A DNA stretch of 64,000 bases from Prasinococcaceae sp. CCMP 1430 (lineage: Eukaryota > Plantae > Prasinodermophyta), in contig RQSC01000005.1 in the NCBI GenBank assembly GCA_013416795.1, forward strand, positions 326,733-390,732. The letters run 5' to 3'. This document shows, in pieces, positions 7,714 through 19,191 of this stretch (within the stretch, counting starts at the first letter, position 1; each line of letters starts with the position of its first letter). The notes under the pieces were generated by a model that did not search any database, was not told the origin of the DNA, and saw only the letters and a list, made by a program, of their open reading frames with translations. The translations under genes and the position numbers were made by a program.

Positions 7714-10533
7714 TCATGGTGCGCCTCCGCTTTCGAACGAGGCCACGACCGTGGTGTCGGTGCCAGGGTCGCCTGCCCGTGCGTCGACCTCCATCACCGC
7801 CTCGCCCCCATCCTCAAGCGCGCCATCGAGCATGGGCTCCACCTCGGCAGCCTCCTCATGCAGCTGGTCGACCAGATGCTCGTGTGTCGCAGCAACCTCA
7901 GCGTACTCCGGCCGGGCGAGCGCCACCTGTTCCGACGTGCCCGCTTCCGCATTTCGCTGCCGAGCCGAGCCTGGCGAACAGCCACCCCCCTCGACGTCGG
8001 CCGAACCCTCTTTCATCGGCACCGCCGCGGCCTCGCCGACCGCCTCGTTGCAGGCCGGACTTCCACTTCCCCCCGAGCCGCCGGCGGCGACGGGGTCACC
8101 CTCTACGAAGAAGCCGTCCACCAGCGCAGCATCTCCTAGCGGCGCGGCCTCCTCCCCGCTGACGGAAGGCCCCTCGCGTGCGGGGCGCTCCGCCTTTTGC
8201 TGCCCATGACCCTGGCACGGCCGCTCCCGCGGCTGCGCCGGCTCTTTGTCCTGCTGGCGCCCCTGGCGGGCCTCGGGCTGCGCGCCGGCAACCGCTTTCG
8301 CAGCCTCAGTGCCCCCAGTATCATCGGCGCGCGTTTGGGCGCACGCGTCAGCGCCACCAGCTGCAACGCGCGTGGCCTCCAAGCCCGCGCAATCCCCACC
8401 CGCCGCGGTCTTTGCGATCTCCGCCCCGGCGGCCTTCGCCTCGGCAGCCTCCTTCTTGGCGGCTTTCTTCGCCTCTCGCTGCGCCCTGCGCTCCTCCTTC
8501 CGCGCCTTCTGGCGCGCCTCGTGCTCCTTGCGCCTTTTCTTCTCCTCCTCTTCGGGATCATCCAGGGGAGGCATCGTGGGTGCCAGCAATTGAGTGGGCC
8601 AGGCGTCGAATATCATCACGGCGTCGGCGTTCACGAAGCACACCTTCACGTCAGCGTCGAAGCCGCGCGGGCAGCGCGCGCGCCAAGCGCGCAGTGCCGC
8701 GGGGCACGGCGCACACCCGCCGATGATTGCGAGCCGGAAAGCGGGCGCGGGCGAGTTGCGCTTGGAAAATTGCGCGTTCGGAAGATGCACGTCGAACAGG
8801 ATGGGGAAGCGCGCCAGCGCTTCCGACTCAGACTCGGTGAACCCGGAGTCGCGGTACGTTGCAGCGATCGTGGGAACAGCGCCAACCGGCTTGAGATGGT
8901 CGGAGGATGCAGAGGGAGCGCCCACAGCCTGGACGCCCCCGTGCAGCTCCCGCTCAAGCACACCGCGCTGCCCGGCCCACGATCGAGGCCAACGCAGCGA
9001 CCTCGCCCCGTCGCCGGGCGACGCGCGCGCGCCAGCGACTGCCTTCACGCCCGCGGCCGTATCGGCATCCGCGTGCGCGCACGTGACCCACGGGTGATAC
9101 TCCACTCGTGCACCTCCACGTCCGAGCACGCGCGGCCACCAGGTGCGGTCAGCAGGTCGCCTGCCGCATGCGGGTGGCGCGGGCACCTCGAGCGCGTGCA
9201 TCCAGTCCTCGGGCGGCAGCGCAGGTGGCACCGCCAGAGGCGCGCCGCTCGCGTCCTGCCGGGCCGGAGGCGGCATCTGCCGGCGCGCCTGCGCGTCGTC
9301 CGTTTCCGTCGTGGCGTTGTCCGCTTCGCAGCCCATGCCTGCGGCTGGTCTAGCGTCCGCACGCGGGACCTCAGACGGCGGCCCCTCGAGCGCATCGGCG
9401 ATCTGCGCACGCCGCACGATGTAGCCGTGCTTTATGAGATGTGCGAACGCATGGTACCACCTCAGCTTGAATCCGAGTCCGATCATGAGAGCGTAGACAT
9501 CTTGCACGGACATGAGCCAATCGCCCACAAACATGACCGCCACGGCGTTCTCCACCAAGAAGAGCGCTTCCTCGATGCGCAGCCAAGTGCGCCCGCCGGC
9601 CGAGTAGCCCATCGAGGTGAGCCACTTGCCCTTTGAGCTCGTGGCCTCGGCGCGGCAGCGGGAGGCGTCCCACACGAGCGTGATGAGCTTGCTTCTTGCG
9701 CAGCGCCGTGGCTCGCTGATGATGTCGTACATGCCCTTTGTGCGCGCGCGGATCTCCTTGAGGTCCGCAGCGAAGTCCTTTGGCCCGTCATGGTCGCCTC
9801 GTTTCTCGCCGCGCTTGAAGACCGACATGACATCCTTGGTAGTTTCGGGGTCCTTGCCCTCACGCAGCGCGCGCTTGGCGGCAGCACGGTCCTTTTGCGC
9901 GATGGCGTTCTTTTTGGCGGTCTTCGCGGCCTCCAGGCGCATGTACTTTTGCAGCTGTGCCTGTGCGACGCGGACGTTGTGCTCGGCGATGCGCTGCGCC
10001 TTGGAGCTCGCGGCGGCCGTCGCCGCGAGCACTGGGTCGGAGGGCGCAGCCTTGGCGGCAGCCTCGTCGCGCTCAGCGTCGCGGGCCGCATCGCGCGCAA
10101 TGCGCTCGGCGTCGCTCAGGCCGGCGTGCCAGCGCGAGAGTGGCTCGGCTCCGTTGGTGCCAGCGCTGGCGCCGCGATCCGCCGCATCGCCGCCAGCGCC
10201 ACCGTTTGTGCCGGCCTGCTCATTGTCGGTGCCGGCCGCCCCGGCCGCGCGGGCGCCCCCCCCTACCAAGAGCGCGTACAGACCGACTGCCGCCGCTCTG
10301 GCCGCGCCAAGCGCGCTCATCGCGGCCGCCGCGACGGGCGCAAGCGCGCCGCCCGCCGTGAACGCCCCGCTCTCGTCGATGCGCCGCCGCTTAGCTGCGC
10401 GCCTCCTTCCGATTTCCCCGCCGGAGCCCGCGTGCACGGCGCCATCCTCGTCGTACAGGAGCGCGCCCGGCGCCGCCTCGGCCGCCTCCTCCTCCCCCGA
10501 TCCTGAGCCCGCGCCCGCCGCCGCGGCTGCCAT
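7714..10533 (-). CDS. TSEN54: tRNA-splicing endonuclease subunit Sen54-like protein
   Basis: KGKWLTSMG...WLRIEEALFLVEN...SVQDVYALM...YHAFAHLIKHGYIVRR and C-terminal FDVHLPNAQFSKRN motifs; TGTAA (minus strand) at 7673-7677. Confidence 0.75.
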   Translation of the reverse strand: MAAAAAGAGSGSGEEEAAEAAPGALLYDEDGAVHAGSGGEIGRRRAAKRRRIDESGAFTAGGALAPVAAAAMSALGAARAAAVGLYALLVGGGARAAGAAGTDNEQAGTNGGAGGDAADRGASAGTNGAEPLSRWHAGLSDAERIARDAARDAERDEAAAKAAPSDPVLAATAAASSKAQRIAEHNVRVAQAQLQKYMRLEAAKTAKKNAIAQKDRAAAKRALREGKDPETTKDVMSVFKRGEKRGDHDGPKDFAADLKEIRARTKGMYDIISEPRRCARSKLITLVWDASRCRAEATSSKGKWLTSMGYSAGGRTWLRIEEALFLVENAVAVMFVGDWLMSVQDVYALMIGLGFKLRWYHAFAHLIKHGYIVRRAQIADALEGPPSEVPRADARPAAGMGCEADNATTETDDAQARRQMPPPARQDASGAPLAVPPALPPEDWMHALEVPAPPACGRRPADRTWWPRVLGRGGARVEYHPWVTCAHADADTAAGVKAVAGARASPGDGARSLRWPRSWAGQRGVLERELHGGVQAVGAPSASSDHLKPVGAVPTIAATYRDSGFTESESEALARFPILFDVHLPNAQFSKRNSPAPAFRLAIIGGCAPCPAALRAWRARCPRGFDADVKVCFVNADAVMIFDAWPTQLLAPTMPPLDDPEEEEKKRRKEHEARQKARKEERRAQREAKKAAKKEAAEAKAAGAEIAKTAAGGDCAGLEATRVAAGGADACAQTRADDTGGTEAAKAVAGAQPEARQGRQQDKEPAQPRERPCQGHGQQKAERPAREGPSVSGEEAAPLGDAALVDGFFVEGDPVAAGGSGGSGSPACNEAVGEAAAVPMKEGSADVEGGGCSPGSARQRNAEAGTSEQVALARPEYAEVAATHEHLVDQLHEEAAEVEPMLDGALEDGGEAVMEVDARAGDPGTDTTVVASFESGGAP

Positions 10534-12236
10534 CGCGTCCGCCCGCACACGCGGCCCCTGCCAACGCCTGGCCCTGTGGCGCACCCCGGCGCGCCCGCAC
10601 AGCGGACACAATGACTGGATAAGACGCTTTTTGTGCGTGCGTATTTTGTGTGCATTTTCAGAGTCGAAATTCCGTCGGAAAGTTTTTTTGCGGCGGCGGC
10701 TGCCGGCGGCGGCTGAGGGGGGGTACGCCGGCCGCGCGGCCGGCCGCGGCGGCGCGCGGCGGCGCAGCTGTGGCCCCGATGGAAGGGAGGGATGATCCCC
10801 CCCGCACACCCCTCCCCCTCCTCTCCCCGCCGCCCTCTCCCCGCCCCTTCGCCCACACGCCCGTGCGGCCGCTGCTCTGCCCCTGTCGTGCGAGCGGCGC
10901 GGCGGCGGCGCCTCAACCAGACCCTAAACACACGCGCAAAAATACCCCAACCCAACCCCGAAAGCCTCCACGCTTTCAAATTCATTACCAACCCAAACCC
11001 CCCTTGCCCCTCCGTGCAAACCCATATCAAAATCCGTCTGGGTTGTCCCACGCGCTGGCGCGCGCGTCGCGCCCTGCGGTGCCCAGCGCACGACTTTTTT
11101 TTTTTGAATTCGAGCGCGCGCGCGTGCGTCACCAATCAAATGAAATGACATTAATTTTAACCACGGGAGAGTACGCATGCATCTTAAGTGGGCAACGAGA
11201 GGTTGTGTTGTGATGTTTTTTTTTTTTTAGTGATGTGCGTTTTTGGTTGTGCTTTTTGACTGCATGCGGCGCCGGGCGGGGGCGTCCTCGCGCGTTGCTG
11301 ACACCCATGCGCCTTGAATGTGCACCCCTGAAGAGCACTACGGTGGTCGGCTGTTAGCCGTCTCGCCGCCGACGGATCAGATCGCGCGGCCGCAGCGCGG
11401 GCGCGCGCGCCGCGGAGCGCGGCGCGTTTCGCGCAATTTGCCGGCGTTTCCTCTTTTCCCGACAAGCGCGCCGCCGCCCACCGCGAGACTTTCGCGCGCC
11501 CCGAAAGCGGAAATCCGCTTCGCTGCCGGGGCCTTCCTCCGCCTCCGTCTCGACGAGACGGCATTTTTGCGCCTGCAATTAATTGAATGCATCGCTTCCG
11601 CAGCCCCGCCTGGGAGAGCGCGCGAGGCGCCGCGTGATGTGGGCGTGGCATCGATCGACGCCCCGATGAGGATGGCGGCGCGGCGCGGGCCGCGGTGTGC
11701 GTCTGTCGCTCTCGGCGCGGGGTGTCGAGCGAGGGACCTGCGGGGGTCATTCGTTTGTTCGCCGCCATGAATTCATTTGCGCCGCGGATCTGCGTGCGCT
11801 TCGGAGGCCCGCGCATGCCGAAGTGCTCGTGGGCCTGCGCGGCTGGAGGTAATTACTGCCGGAGGCCACAGAGCGGCCGAACGGACGGCGGCATCGCAAT
11901 CGCTCGTGGCAGGTGAGTCTGAGGCGGAGATATTTTGTTTTTTCGCAGGCTGCGCAATCATTGTTGTCGTTTGTGATTGTTGATGTGCCAGATGTGACGG
12001 CGATGTTTCGCCGGACTCCTGTCACATCGGCGGTCGGTGCGTGCGCCGCCCGCCGCGCCGCCGCCGCGCATGCGCGCTCGGCTCACAAGGGCCATCGGCG
12101 GCACCAGGGCGGCGCTCGCGCACACGGGCGCGCGCCACACCGCACCTGGGCGCGCTGGGCGTCGCGCGCTCGCCCTCGCGCGTGCGTGCGCACATCACCA
12201 GGGTGCGCACGCGCCACCGCGCCGCTCCAGAGAGCC

Positions 12237-12238
<2 letters not shown>

Positions 12239-12291
<53 letters not shown>

Positions 12292-12296
12292 GAGAG
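12239..12296. repeat. (AG)n-(AGAC)n-(AG)n microsatellite just upstream of BBS8
   Basis: About ten direct AGAC units visible. Confidence 0.95.
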
Positions 12297-12328
12297 CGTG
12301 CGTTTGGGGACGAGCGTGGCGCGACGCC

Positions 12329-14005
12329 ATGCCGCCGAACGCGGCAGCACGCGCGCAGCTGGACCCCGCGTGGCACGCGGCGTGCCACGTGCGCCAGCGG
12401 CGGTACGAAGCGGCGGTGGACGCCGCCACCGCGCTGCTTGAGCGCAATCCCTACGATCAGCAGGTGTGGTGGCTCAAGGCGCGCGCTCTCACGCTGCGCG
12501 ACTGGATAGACGACACCGAGGTGGAGGAGGAGGGTGCCGCCGAGGTCCTGCTCGACGAGAACGCCGTCGCGCAAGCGCCGCGCCCTGGCACCTCGTTGGC
12601 ACGCCCTGGCACAACGACGCGGATGGGCGCTGGATCGTCGGGGCCTAACCAGTCGGTGCGGCCGCTCTCGTCCGCGGGCCGCCCGCTGACGGGCTTCGCC
12701 CGCCCGGGCACACAGTCGGGCAGCGGCTCACGGCGCGACGTGGGCTCGGCGCTTGGTGGTGGGCGGCCGGGCACGTCGCGGCCGGTCACGCAGTCGGGGA
12801 GGTTCGTCAGGCTGGGCACGGCGTCGATGAAGAGCCAACCCGGCGGCGCGTTCATCAACGTGGAGCGCCTCGACCTACGCAAGTACGCGAGCCGCGCGCC
12901 GCTCGCCAAGGTGCTGTGTGACTACCTGCTCTACCACGAGCACAACCCAAAGAAGGCGCTCGAGCTGGCCGCACATGCCACCGCCATGTCGGACTTCAAG
13001 GACTGGTGGTGGAAGGCCCGATTAGGGAAGGCGTACTACCAGCTCGGCCTGCTGCGCGACGCCGAGAAACAGTTCCGCTCGGCGCAGCGCGAACAGCCGA
13101 TGGTGAGCGTGGCGCTTGAGCTCTCGAAGGTCTCGGTGCGCCTCGACCAGCCCCTGGCGGCAGTGGAGACGCTCGAGGCGGCACAGAAGGCGCACCCTAC
13201 CGACCCTGGAGCGCTGCTGGCACATGCACGCGTCATGGACGCGATGGGACAGGGCGAAGAGGCGGTCAAGCTGTATCGCCGTGTGCTCGAGAAGGACAGC
13301 TCAAGTGTCGAGGCCCTCGCGTGCCTCGCTAACCACGCATTCTACACCGACCAGCCAGAGACGTCCCTCAGGCACTACCGACGGCTGCTTCAAATGGGCG
13401 TGGTCAGCACCGAGCTGTGGAACAACCTCGGTGTGTGTTGCTTCCACGCAGGGCAGTACGACATGACGCTGTCGTGCTTCGAGCGCGCGCTCGCGCTTGC
13501 TGAGAACGAGGAAGCGGCGGACGTATGGTACAACATTTCGAACGTGGCAGTGGGCATTGGCGACCTCGGTCTTGCTTACCAGGCGTGCAAGGTGGCGGTG
13601 AGTGTTGACGGGACGCATGCGGAGAGCTTCAACAATCTGGGCGTGCTCGAGCTGCGCAAGAGGAACATAGACCAGGTGAGAAAGGCGCGCACGAGCGACA
13701 TAGGTACCCTTTGCCATGCGCGCACGTGCGCTCCGGCTGACGGTCGGGCGCCTCGGCGCACTGGACGCCCCACCCCCCCCTCCACTGGCACGCGTTGCCC
13801 GCAGGCGCGTTCCAACTTCCAGACTGCGGCACAGATGGCGCCCCACCTCTACGAGCCAACCTACAACGGCGCATTGCTCGCGTACAAGCTCGGCGACCTG
13901 CAAGAGAGTTTTGCGCTCGCCAACAAGAGCAAGGAGGCCTTTGACAGCCACACCGACACGCACGAGCTACTCAAGCAGCTGCAAAATCACTTCACAATGA
14001 TGTGA
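12329..14005 (+). CDS. BBS8: BBSome subunit BBS8/TTC8 (TPR protein), two exons
   Basis: LLERNPYDQQVWWLKARAL, LLDENAVAQAPRPGTSL, GRFVRLGTASM, WWWKARLGKAYYQLG, TPR repeats; intron 13676-13804 (129 nt, in frame); TGTAA at 14011. Confidence 0.95.
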   Translation: MPPNAAARAQLDPAWHAACHVRQRRYEAAVDAATALLERNPYDQQVWWLKARALTLRDWIDDTEVEEEGAAEVLLDENAVAQAPRPGTSLARPGTTTRMGAGSSGPNQSVRPLSSAGRPLTGFARPGTQSGSGSRRDVGSALGGGRPGTSRPVTQSGRFVRLGTASMKSQPGGAFINVERLDLRKYASRAPLAKVLCDYLLYHEHNPKKALELAAHATAMSDFKDWWWKARLGKAYYQLGLLRDAEKQFRSAQREQPMVSVALELSKVSVRLDQPLAAVETLEAAQKAHPTDPGALLAHARVMDAMGQGEEAVKLYRRVLEKDSSSVEALACLANHAFYTDQPETSLRHYRRLLQMGVVSTELWNNLGVCCFHAGQYDMTLSCFERALALAENEEAADVWYNISNVAVGIGDLGLAYQACKVAVSVDGTHAESFNNLGVLELRKRNIDQVRKARTSDIGTLCHARTCAPADGRAPRRTGRPTPPSTGTRCPQARSNFQTAAQMAPHLYEPTYNGALLAYKLGDLQESFALANKSKEAFDSHTDTHELLKQLQNHFTMM

Positions 14006-14010
14006 ACATC

Positions 14011-14015
14011 TGTAA
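14011..14015 (+). terminator. TGTAA poly(A) signal (example; others at 489, 37350, 39999, 44448, 55256, 59364 on + and 7673, 27715, 46925, 49592, 62669 on -)
   Basis: Found on the correct strand within about 5-190 nt of twelve stop codons; UGUAA is the established chlorophyte signal. Confidence 0.8.
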
Positions 14016-14143
14016 TTCGGTATTGATATCGGTGGGGGGATTGCTACGCGCGCACATGCACATGCGCGTGCGCATGCGATGCGGCGCGCGTGCCGCTTGC
14101 AAATCTAGTCACCCTCCTCACACGCGGGAGACGGCCAGAGCAC

Positions 14144-16636
14144 TCACGAACTGGCCTCTTCATCCCCGCTAGCCATCATCGCGGATAGCGCAGCGTCCTC
14201 GCTCTCCGCGGCGATGTCAGGGTTAAGCTGCAGAATCTTGTCGAAATCGTACTCCTCCACGGCGGTCACCTCGGGTTGCGGCAGCGAGCTCCCGCTGCTA
14301 CCGGCGCCGCCCGGCGAGAGGTCGTGGTCCAGCCGGTCGGCGGCGTCTTGAAACGCCTCGCTGTAATCGCCCACCCAACCAGGCGCGCCGGGCACCGGAG
14401 CGGCGACGGAGGCGTACGCAGCCGCGCCTTGCGCCTGCGCATCCACCGTGTCGGGGGAGTCGTCCTGCGGCGGCGACGGCGCCGGCGATGGCGACAGCAC
14501 GTCCACCGGCGGCTCGCCACCCGCGCCAGCGTCATCGCCACCACTCGCGCCGTCAGCTTGCGCGCCACCGCCCGCGCTGCCAACCAGCGAGTCGACGCCA
14601 AGGATGTCCGCGCCCACCTGCGGCTCTTGCGCGGGCTGCGGTTCCGCACCCTGCGTTGGCGTCGGCGCTACCTCTGCGGCGATATTGTATCTCTTGAGGA
14701 GCGTGTTGATGTCTGTCGAGCCTGGAGGGGAGTCGCTGCTGCCACCAGCCTGTGAGGGGGACGGCGTACTGCCTTCGTCTATGGCGATGCCGTAGCGCGA
14801 GAGCAGGCCGCGAAGGTCGCGTTCGAGGGCAGCGTCGCGATCCGAGCCGCCCAGCGAGCTGCCCTCGCCGGCAGCCCCGCCACCCTGCGCGTCACCAGCG
14901 CCGGGCGGCGTTCCCTCCTCCGAGTCGCCGCCATCAAACTCAGGCGGCATCACGCCCGCCATGAGGAGACGCTGCGCGCGCTCAGCCTCGTGTTTGGCGT
15001 AGAGTTCTGCGGCAATCTCAGGGATGGGCTCAGACTTGGCACCGATCTCGAAAGCCTCACCGCCACGGCGCAGCTCGGGGTTCCAAGGACCGTGTTCGGG
15101 CACCTCGCCATCGGTGGCGCGCTTCAAGCTGGCGCGCGCCTTGTACTCGGCCGCAGCCTGGCGCGCGCGCTCAGCGGCGCGCGCCTCGTGGCGCTCTTCG
15201 CGCGCGCGGCGAGCCGCACGAAGCTCCTCGCGTGCCTCCGCGCGCCGCGCCGCAGCAACGGGTCTGGCGCGCTCGAGTTTCGTCGGCTTGCGCGAGGTGC
15301 CGACGCGGCGTGCGACCGCCAGCGAGCTGCTGGGCATGACCCTGCAGTCGGCGCCCACGCCGCCGCGGACTGCTGCCGCCTTGGCCGCCACGCCAGCGCT
15401 CACTGTTCGCGGGCGGAAGCTGTGCGGGTCCTCCTCGAGGGGGATGGACGGCCGCGGCACGGCGCCCACGGCACTCTGGACTGGCGCCTTCGAGCCGTAG
15501 CCGCTCGACGGCACGGTCATGTAACGCGCGGTGACCAGGTCGTCTACCGTCACGTCAGCCGCCTTCACGGCGGCGTCCTGTGGCTGCGCGGGCACGGAGT
15601 AGGCCAGTCGCGGCTCGGGGCGGGTCTGATGGTTGCTGCTGCTGGCCGTCGACGCCCGCCCTAGCACCTGTGTCCGACCACCATTTCGGGTATACGAGCC
15701 TGTCCTCGCGCTCGGCGGGGAAGAGGTAGTCCGGGTCGCCGCGATGCGCGACCTCCGGGTCGTCGCCCTCGTCGGGGTCCAGCTGCATTTCGGGATCGCC
15801 ATCGCGCCACGCGCTTCTCGGGCGCGGGTGGCGCCCCGCGCGCCCCGCGCGCGCCGCGCGCGCCGCCCACTTCCCGGATGGCCCGCGGCGGGCGGAGGCT
15901 GCGCGCCCGTGGCCGACCTTAGGCGTCGGGGCGAGCGCCGCAGGCGGTGAGAATCCGCCCGTCGCGAAGGGCGCCTTCGCGGCAACGCCCTTCTCGGCGG
16001 CCTTGCGCGCGACGGTCGCGGGCGACGGCGCAAAGGCCGCCGCCGGTACAGACGCGGTCGTCGTGCTGGGCGTGTAAATAGTCGAAGGTGCGCGGGGGGG
16101 CGGGGATGTCGTCACGAAAGGAGACGCGGCAGGCCCGGCGGGAGGGACAGCGGGTGCCGCCGGTGCCAGCGCCTCCCCGGGCGCTTGGGGCGGCGCGTCC
16201 GTGCCATCATCCTCGTGGCTGAGCTCGGGCGTGGCCGGGGTGCTCCTGCGCGCCTGCGCTGCCTTTTTCACCGCCGGGGAGTCCGCAGCGCAGCTGCCGA
16301 GCGGCACGGGCGCGTCGACGTTCACGTCCGCGCGGATCTCCGCGAGCGTGCCTCGCAGGTTTTCGATCTGCTGTTCGATGACGGGCACCTTCTCCTCCAC
16401 CGCCACCGCCGCGTGCGACGCCGCCACCACGTCGTGCAGCTCCTGCACGCTCAGCGGACGCCCGCCGAACTCGGCCTGCAGGCTCGCGATGCCGCGCAGC
16501 ACGAGCAGCTTGGCGACGTACGGCTGCACGCTCGCCGTGTACTGCCCCATGAACGAGCGCACGGCGCGGTTCTTGTACAGGCCCTCCAGCGTGGTGCCCG
16601 CCCGCGCCGCGCCCCCGCCGCCGCCGCGGCGCGCGC
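14144..16636 (-). CDS. Multi-exon hypothetical protein with coiled-coil and low-complexity segments; start lies in or beyond the N gap
   Basis: Two long overlapping frames (15555-16562 and 14144-16033) with coding-like codon use (LYKNRAVRSFMGQY...; GPWNPELRR...EEYDFDKILQLNPD). Splice junctions not resolved. Confidence 0.55.
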
Positions 16637-16687
16637 NNNNNNNNNNNNNNNNNNNNNNNNNNNNNNNNNNNNNNNNNNNNNNNNNNN
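16637..16687. other. Assembly gap (N run)
   Basis: 51 N. Confidence 1.
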
Positions 16688-16773
16688 CCGCGCGGCGGGG
16701 CGAACGCCACGCGCGCGCGCCGCGGGAGGCGCGCGCGCCGCGCGTCGAAATCCCCCTCCGTAAAATGAGCCCG

Positions 16774-16807
16774 AATCAAAATCAAAATCAAAATCAAAAT
16801 CAAAATC
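16774..16807. repeat. (AAAATC)n hexamer microsatellite
   Basis: About 5.5 direct units in a divergent promoter region. Confidence 0.9.
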
Positions 16808-16848
16808 GCACCGCGCGCCGCTGCGGCGTGTCGCGACCGAGATCCCAC

Positions 16849-16910
16849 TGAGTTTGACGTGGGGTGCGCCGGCGTGCGCCTGACGAAGATCGGATTGAGT
16901 TTGACGTGGG
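16849..16910. promoter_or_regulatory. Duplicated 15-bp element TGAGTTTGACGTGGG containing an ACGT core (TGACGTGG)
   Basis: Exact copies at 16849-16863 and 16896-16910 between divergent genes. Confidence 0.5.
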
Positions 16911-17269
16911 TCGCCGCGGCATGCGCTCTGATGGCGCGCCGCGCGGCGCGCATGGCGGCGTATGGCCGCGAGGTTCGTTCGCATGCGCGCGTTCGGCGGC
17001 CGAGCCGTCGGCCGCGCGGCGCGCGTGGGACTGCCTGCCGCCCCTTTTTCCGCGCGCCCGCACACGGCTTTTGAACTGCTAATCCATGGCAGAGTCGAAC
17101 TGCCGGCCTTTGGGCGCGCAAGGGCCGCCGCGCGGCGACCGCGGGCGGTGGCGGGGGGTGGGCGTTTTTTTTTGGCGGCGGCGCAGACCGCCCGCGCGCC
17201 CCCCACCCCACCCCCCTGCCCACGGGCACACACACACACAGGGGCGAGCTGCGCACGCTGCGGGCGGCG

Positions 17270-18594
17270 ATGGGCGGAAATGACGCCGGCGGATCGCAGG
17301 GCGAGGCGCAGTGGCCGACCGCGGCGTCCTCGTACAGCCTGATCGAGGACGTCGGCCAGGGCGTCAGCGCGACTGTATGGCGCGCCAAGTGCATCCCGCT
17401 GAACAAGACGTGCGCCGTGAAGGTCGTCGACCTCGAGAAGTGCGCGGCGTCCATCGACGAAGTGAGGAGGGAGGCGCAGACGATGGCGCTGATGTCGCAC
17501 GCGAACGTCGTGTCCGCGTACACTTCCTTCACCTCGGGCCAGAACCTGTGGGTGGTCATGCCGTACCTCGCCGGCGGCTCGCTGCTGAACGTCATGAAGG
17601 CGGCCTACCCCAAGGGCATGCCAGAGGACGCCATCGCGATCGTACTGCGCGACACGCTGCGCGGCCTCGAGTACCTGCACAAGTCCGGGCACATTCACCG
17701 CGACGTCAAGGCGGGAAACATCCTGCTGGATGACAAGGGTGGCGTCAAGCTGGGCGACTTCGGCGTGTCGGCCGGCGAGTTCGGGTTCGGCCGCTCGCAA
17801 CAGCACCAGACGTTCGTCGGCACGCCGTGCTGGATGGCGCCCGAGGTGATGGAGCAGGTGCAAGGCTACGATTGGCACGCCGACATATGGTCGTTCGGCA
17901 TCACTGCGCTGGAGCTCGCGCACGGCCACGCGCCCTTCAGCCGCTATCCTCCCATGAAGGTTCTGCTCATGACCATCCAGAACCCGCCGCCCTCGCTGGA
18001 CAGCGCGGACGACAAGGGCCGCTTCTCGCAGGGCTTCCGTGATGTTGTGGCCATGTGCCTTCAGAAGCACCCCGCGCGTCGGCCGAGCGCCACAGAGCTG
18101 CTCAAGCACAAGTTCTTCAAGAGCGCCAAGGACAACTCGTACCTGCAGCGCATGGTCATCGACAAGCTACCCCCGCTCGGCGAGCGCGTGCAGTCGCAGC
18201 GGCGCGCAGACGTCGCCAAGACCAAGGCCGCCATGGAGGAGGAGAAGCGCAGCTCCATCGAGTATCGCAAGGGCGTGAGCGGCTGGAATTTCGACCTGGA
18301 CCAGCTCAAGGCGGAGGCGGCCGCGCTCGATGCGGCGGAGGCGGCTGAGCAGCAGGCGGCGGCGGCCGCTCCGGCTGCGGCGCCTACGGCCCCCGGCCCC
18401 CGCATCGCGAGCCGCGGCCGCTTCACCATCGAGGAGGAGGACTCATCGCCGTCGACGCAACAGGCCTCGGCGTCCGCCCCCGCGGTGACACCCGAGTCGA
18501 CGGGCCGCCCCGCCAGCCGCAGCACTGTGGTACAAAAAGGCCGCTTCCATGTGGAGAGCGAGGAGACCGACACGCCCGACGTGGGCGCGCAAGC

Positions 18595-18629
<35 letters not shown>

Positions 18630-19048
18630 CACAGCAGGCACCCTCTGGGCGCGCGGTGCAGCGCGGCCGCTTCACCGTGGAAGAGAATGCGGATGAACCC
18701 CATCCCGAAGACTCGGGCAGCGGCGGGCAACAGCAGAGCGCGGTGTGCGTCAACGACGTCCTTCCGCAACTCCAGATGCTTCTACTGCAGACGGCCAATC
18801 AACAAGACTCGCTGCGCTCGCTCATCAACACTATCCTCCCTGACCGCCCCGAGGCACCCGACCCTGGGAGCAATGGCGCCACGCAGCGCGAATTGCACCA
18901 GATGGTGGTCGACCTGCAGGAGCGCCTGCAAACCGTCGTCTCCGAAAACAAGGACCTACGGGAACGCAACACAAACCTCGAGAGGCAATTGAACCACATG
19001 AGGCAGCTCGAGCTGGAGAAGGAGGACAACGAGGACGATGAGGAGTGA
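17270..19048 (+). CDS. STE20-family (OSR1/SPAK/BLUS1-like) Ser/Thr kinase, single exon
   Basis: GQGVSATV, AVK, HRDVKAGN, DFG, TFVGTPCWMAPE, GHAPFSRYPPMKVLLMTIQNPPP; poly-Q; C-terminal coiled coil. Confidence 0.95.
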
Positions 19049-19191
19049 TGCGCGGCAGCTCCTTGCGGGTGGGGTGGCGGCCAGCTCGCGGACATAATGT
19101 GGCGGATTTGAGACGAGATGTGACCGTCCACGGACGAACTTGCCTCTGATCTGTTTTACGCTCGCCTGGTCGTATGCGCACTTTGAGATGC

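Noticed and set aside
13676-13804. Stop-free introns with 3n length (BBS8 129, GST 108, TIM barrel 114, 26405-26554 and 60821-60970 both 150) as regulated intron retention
   Set aside because: About 7 of the 20 introns I mapped are 3n, close to the one-third expectation, and high GC makes stop-free introns common.
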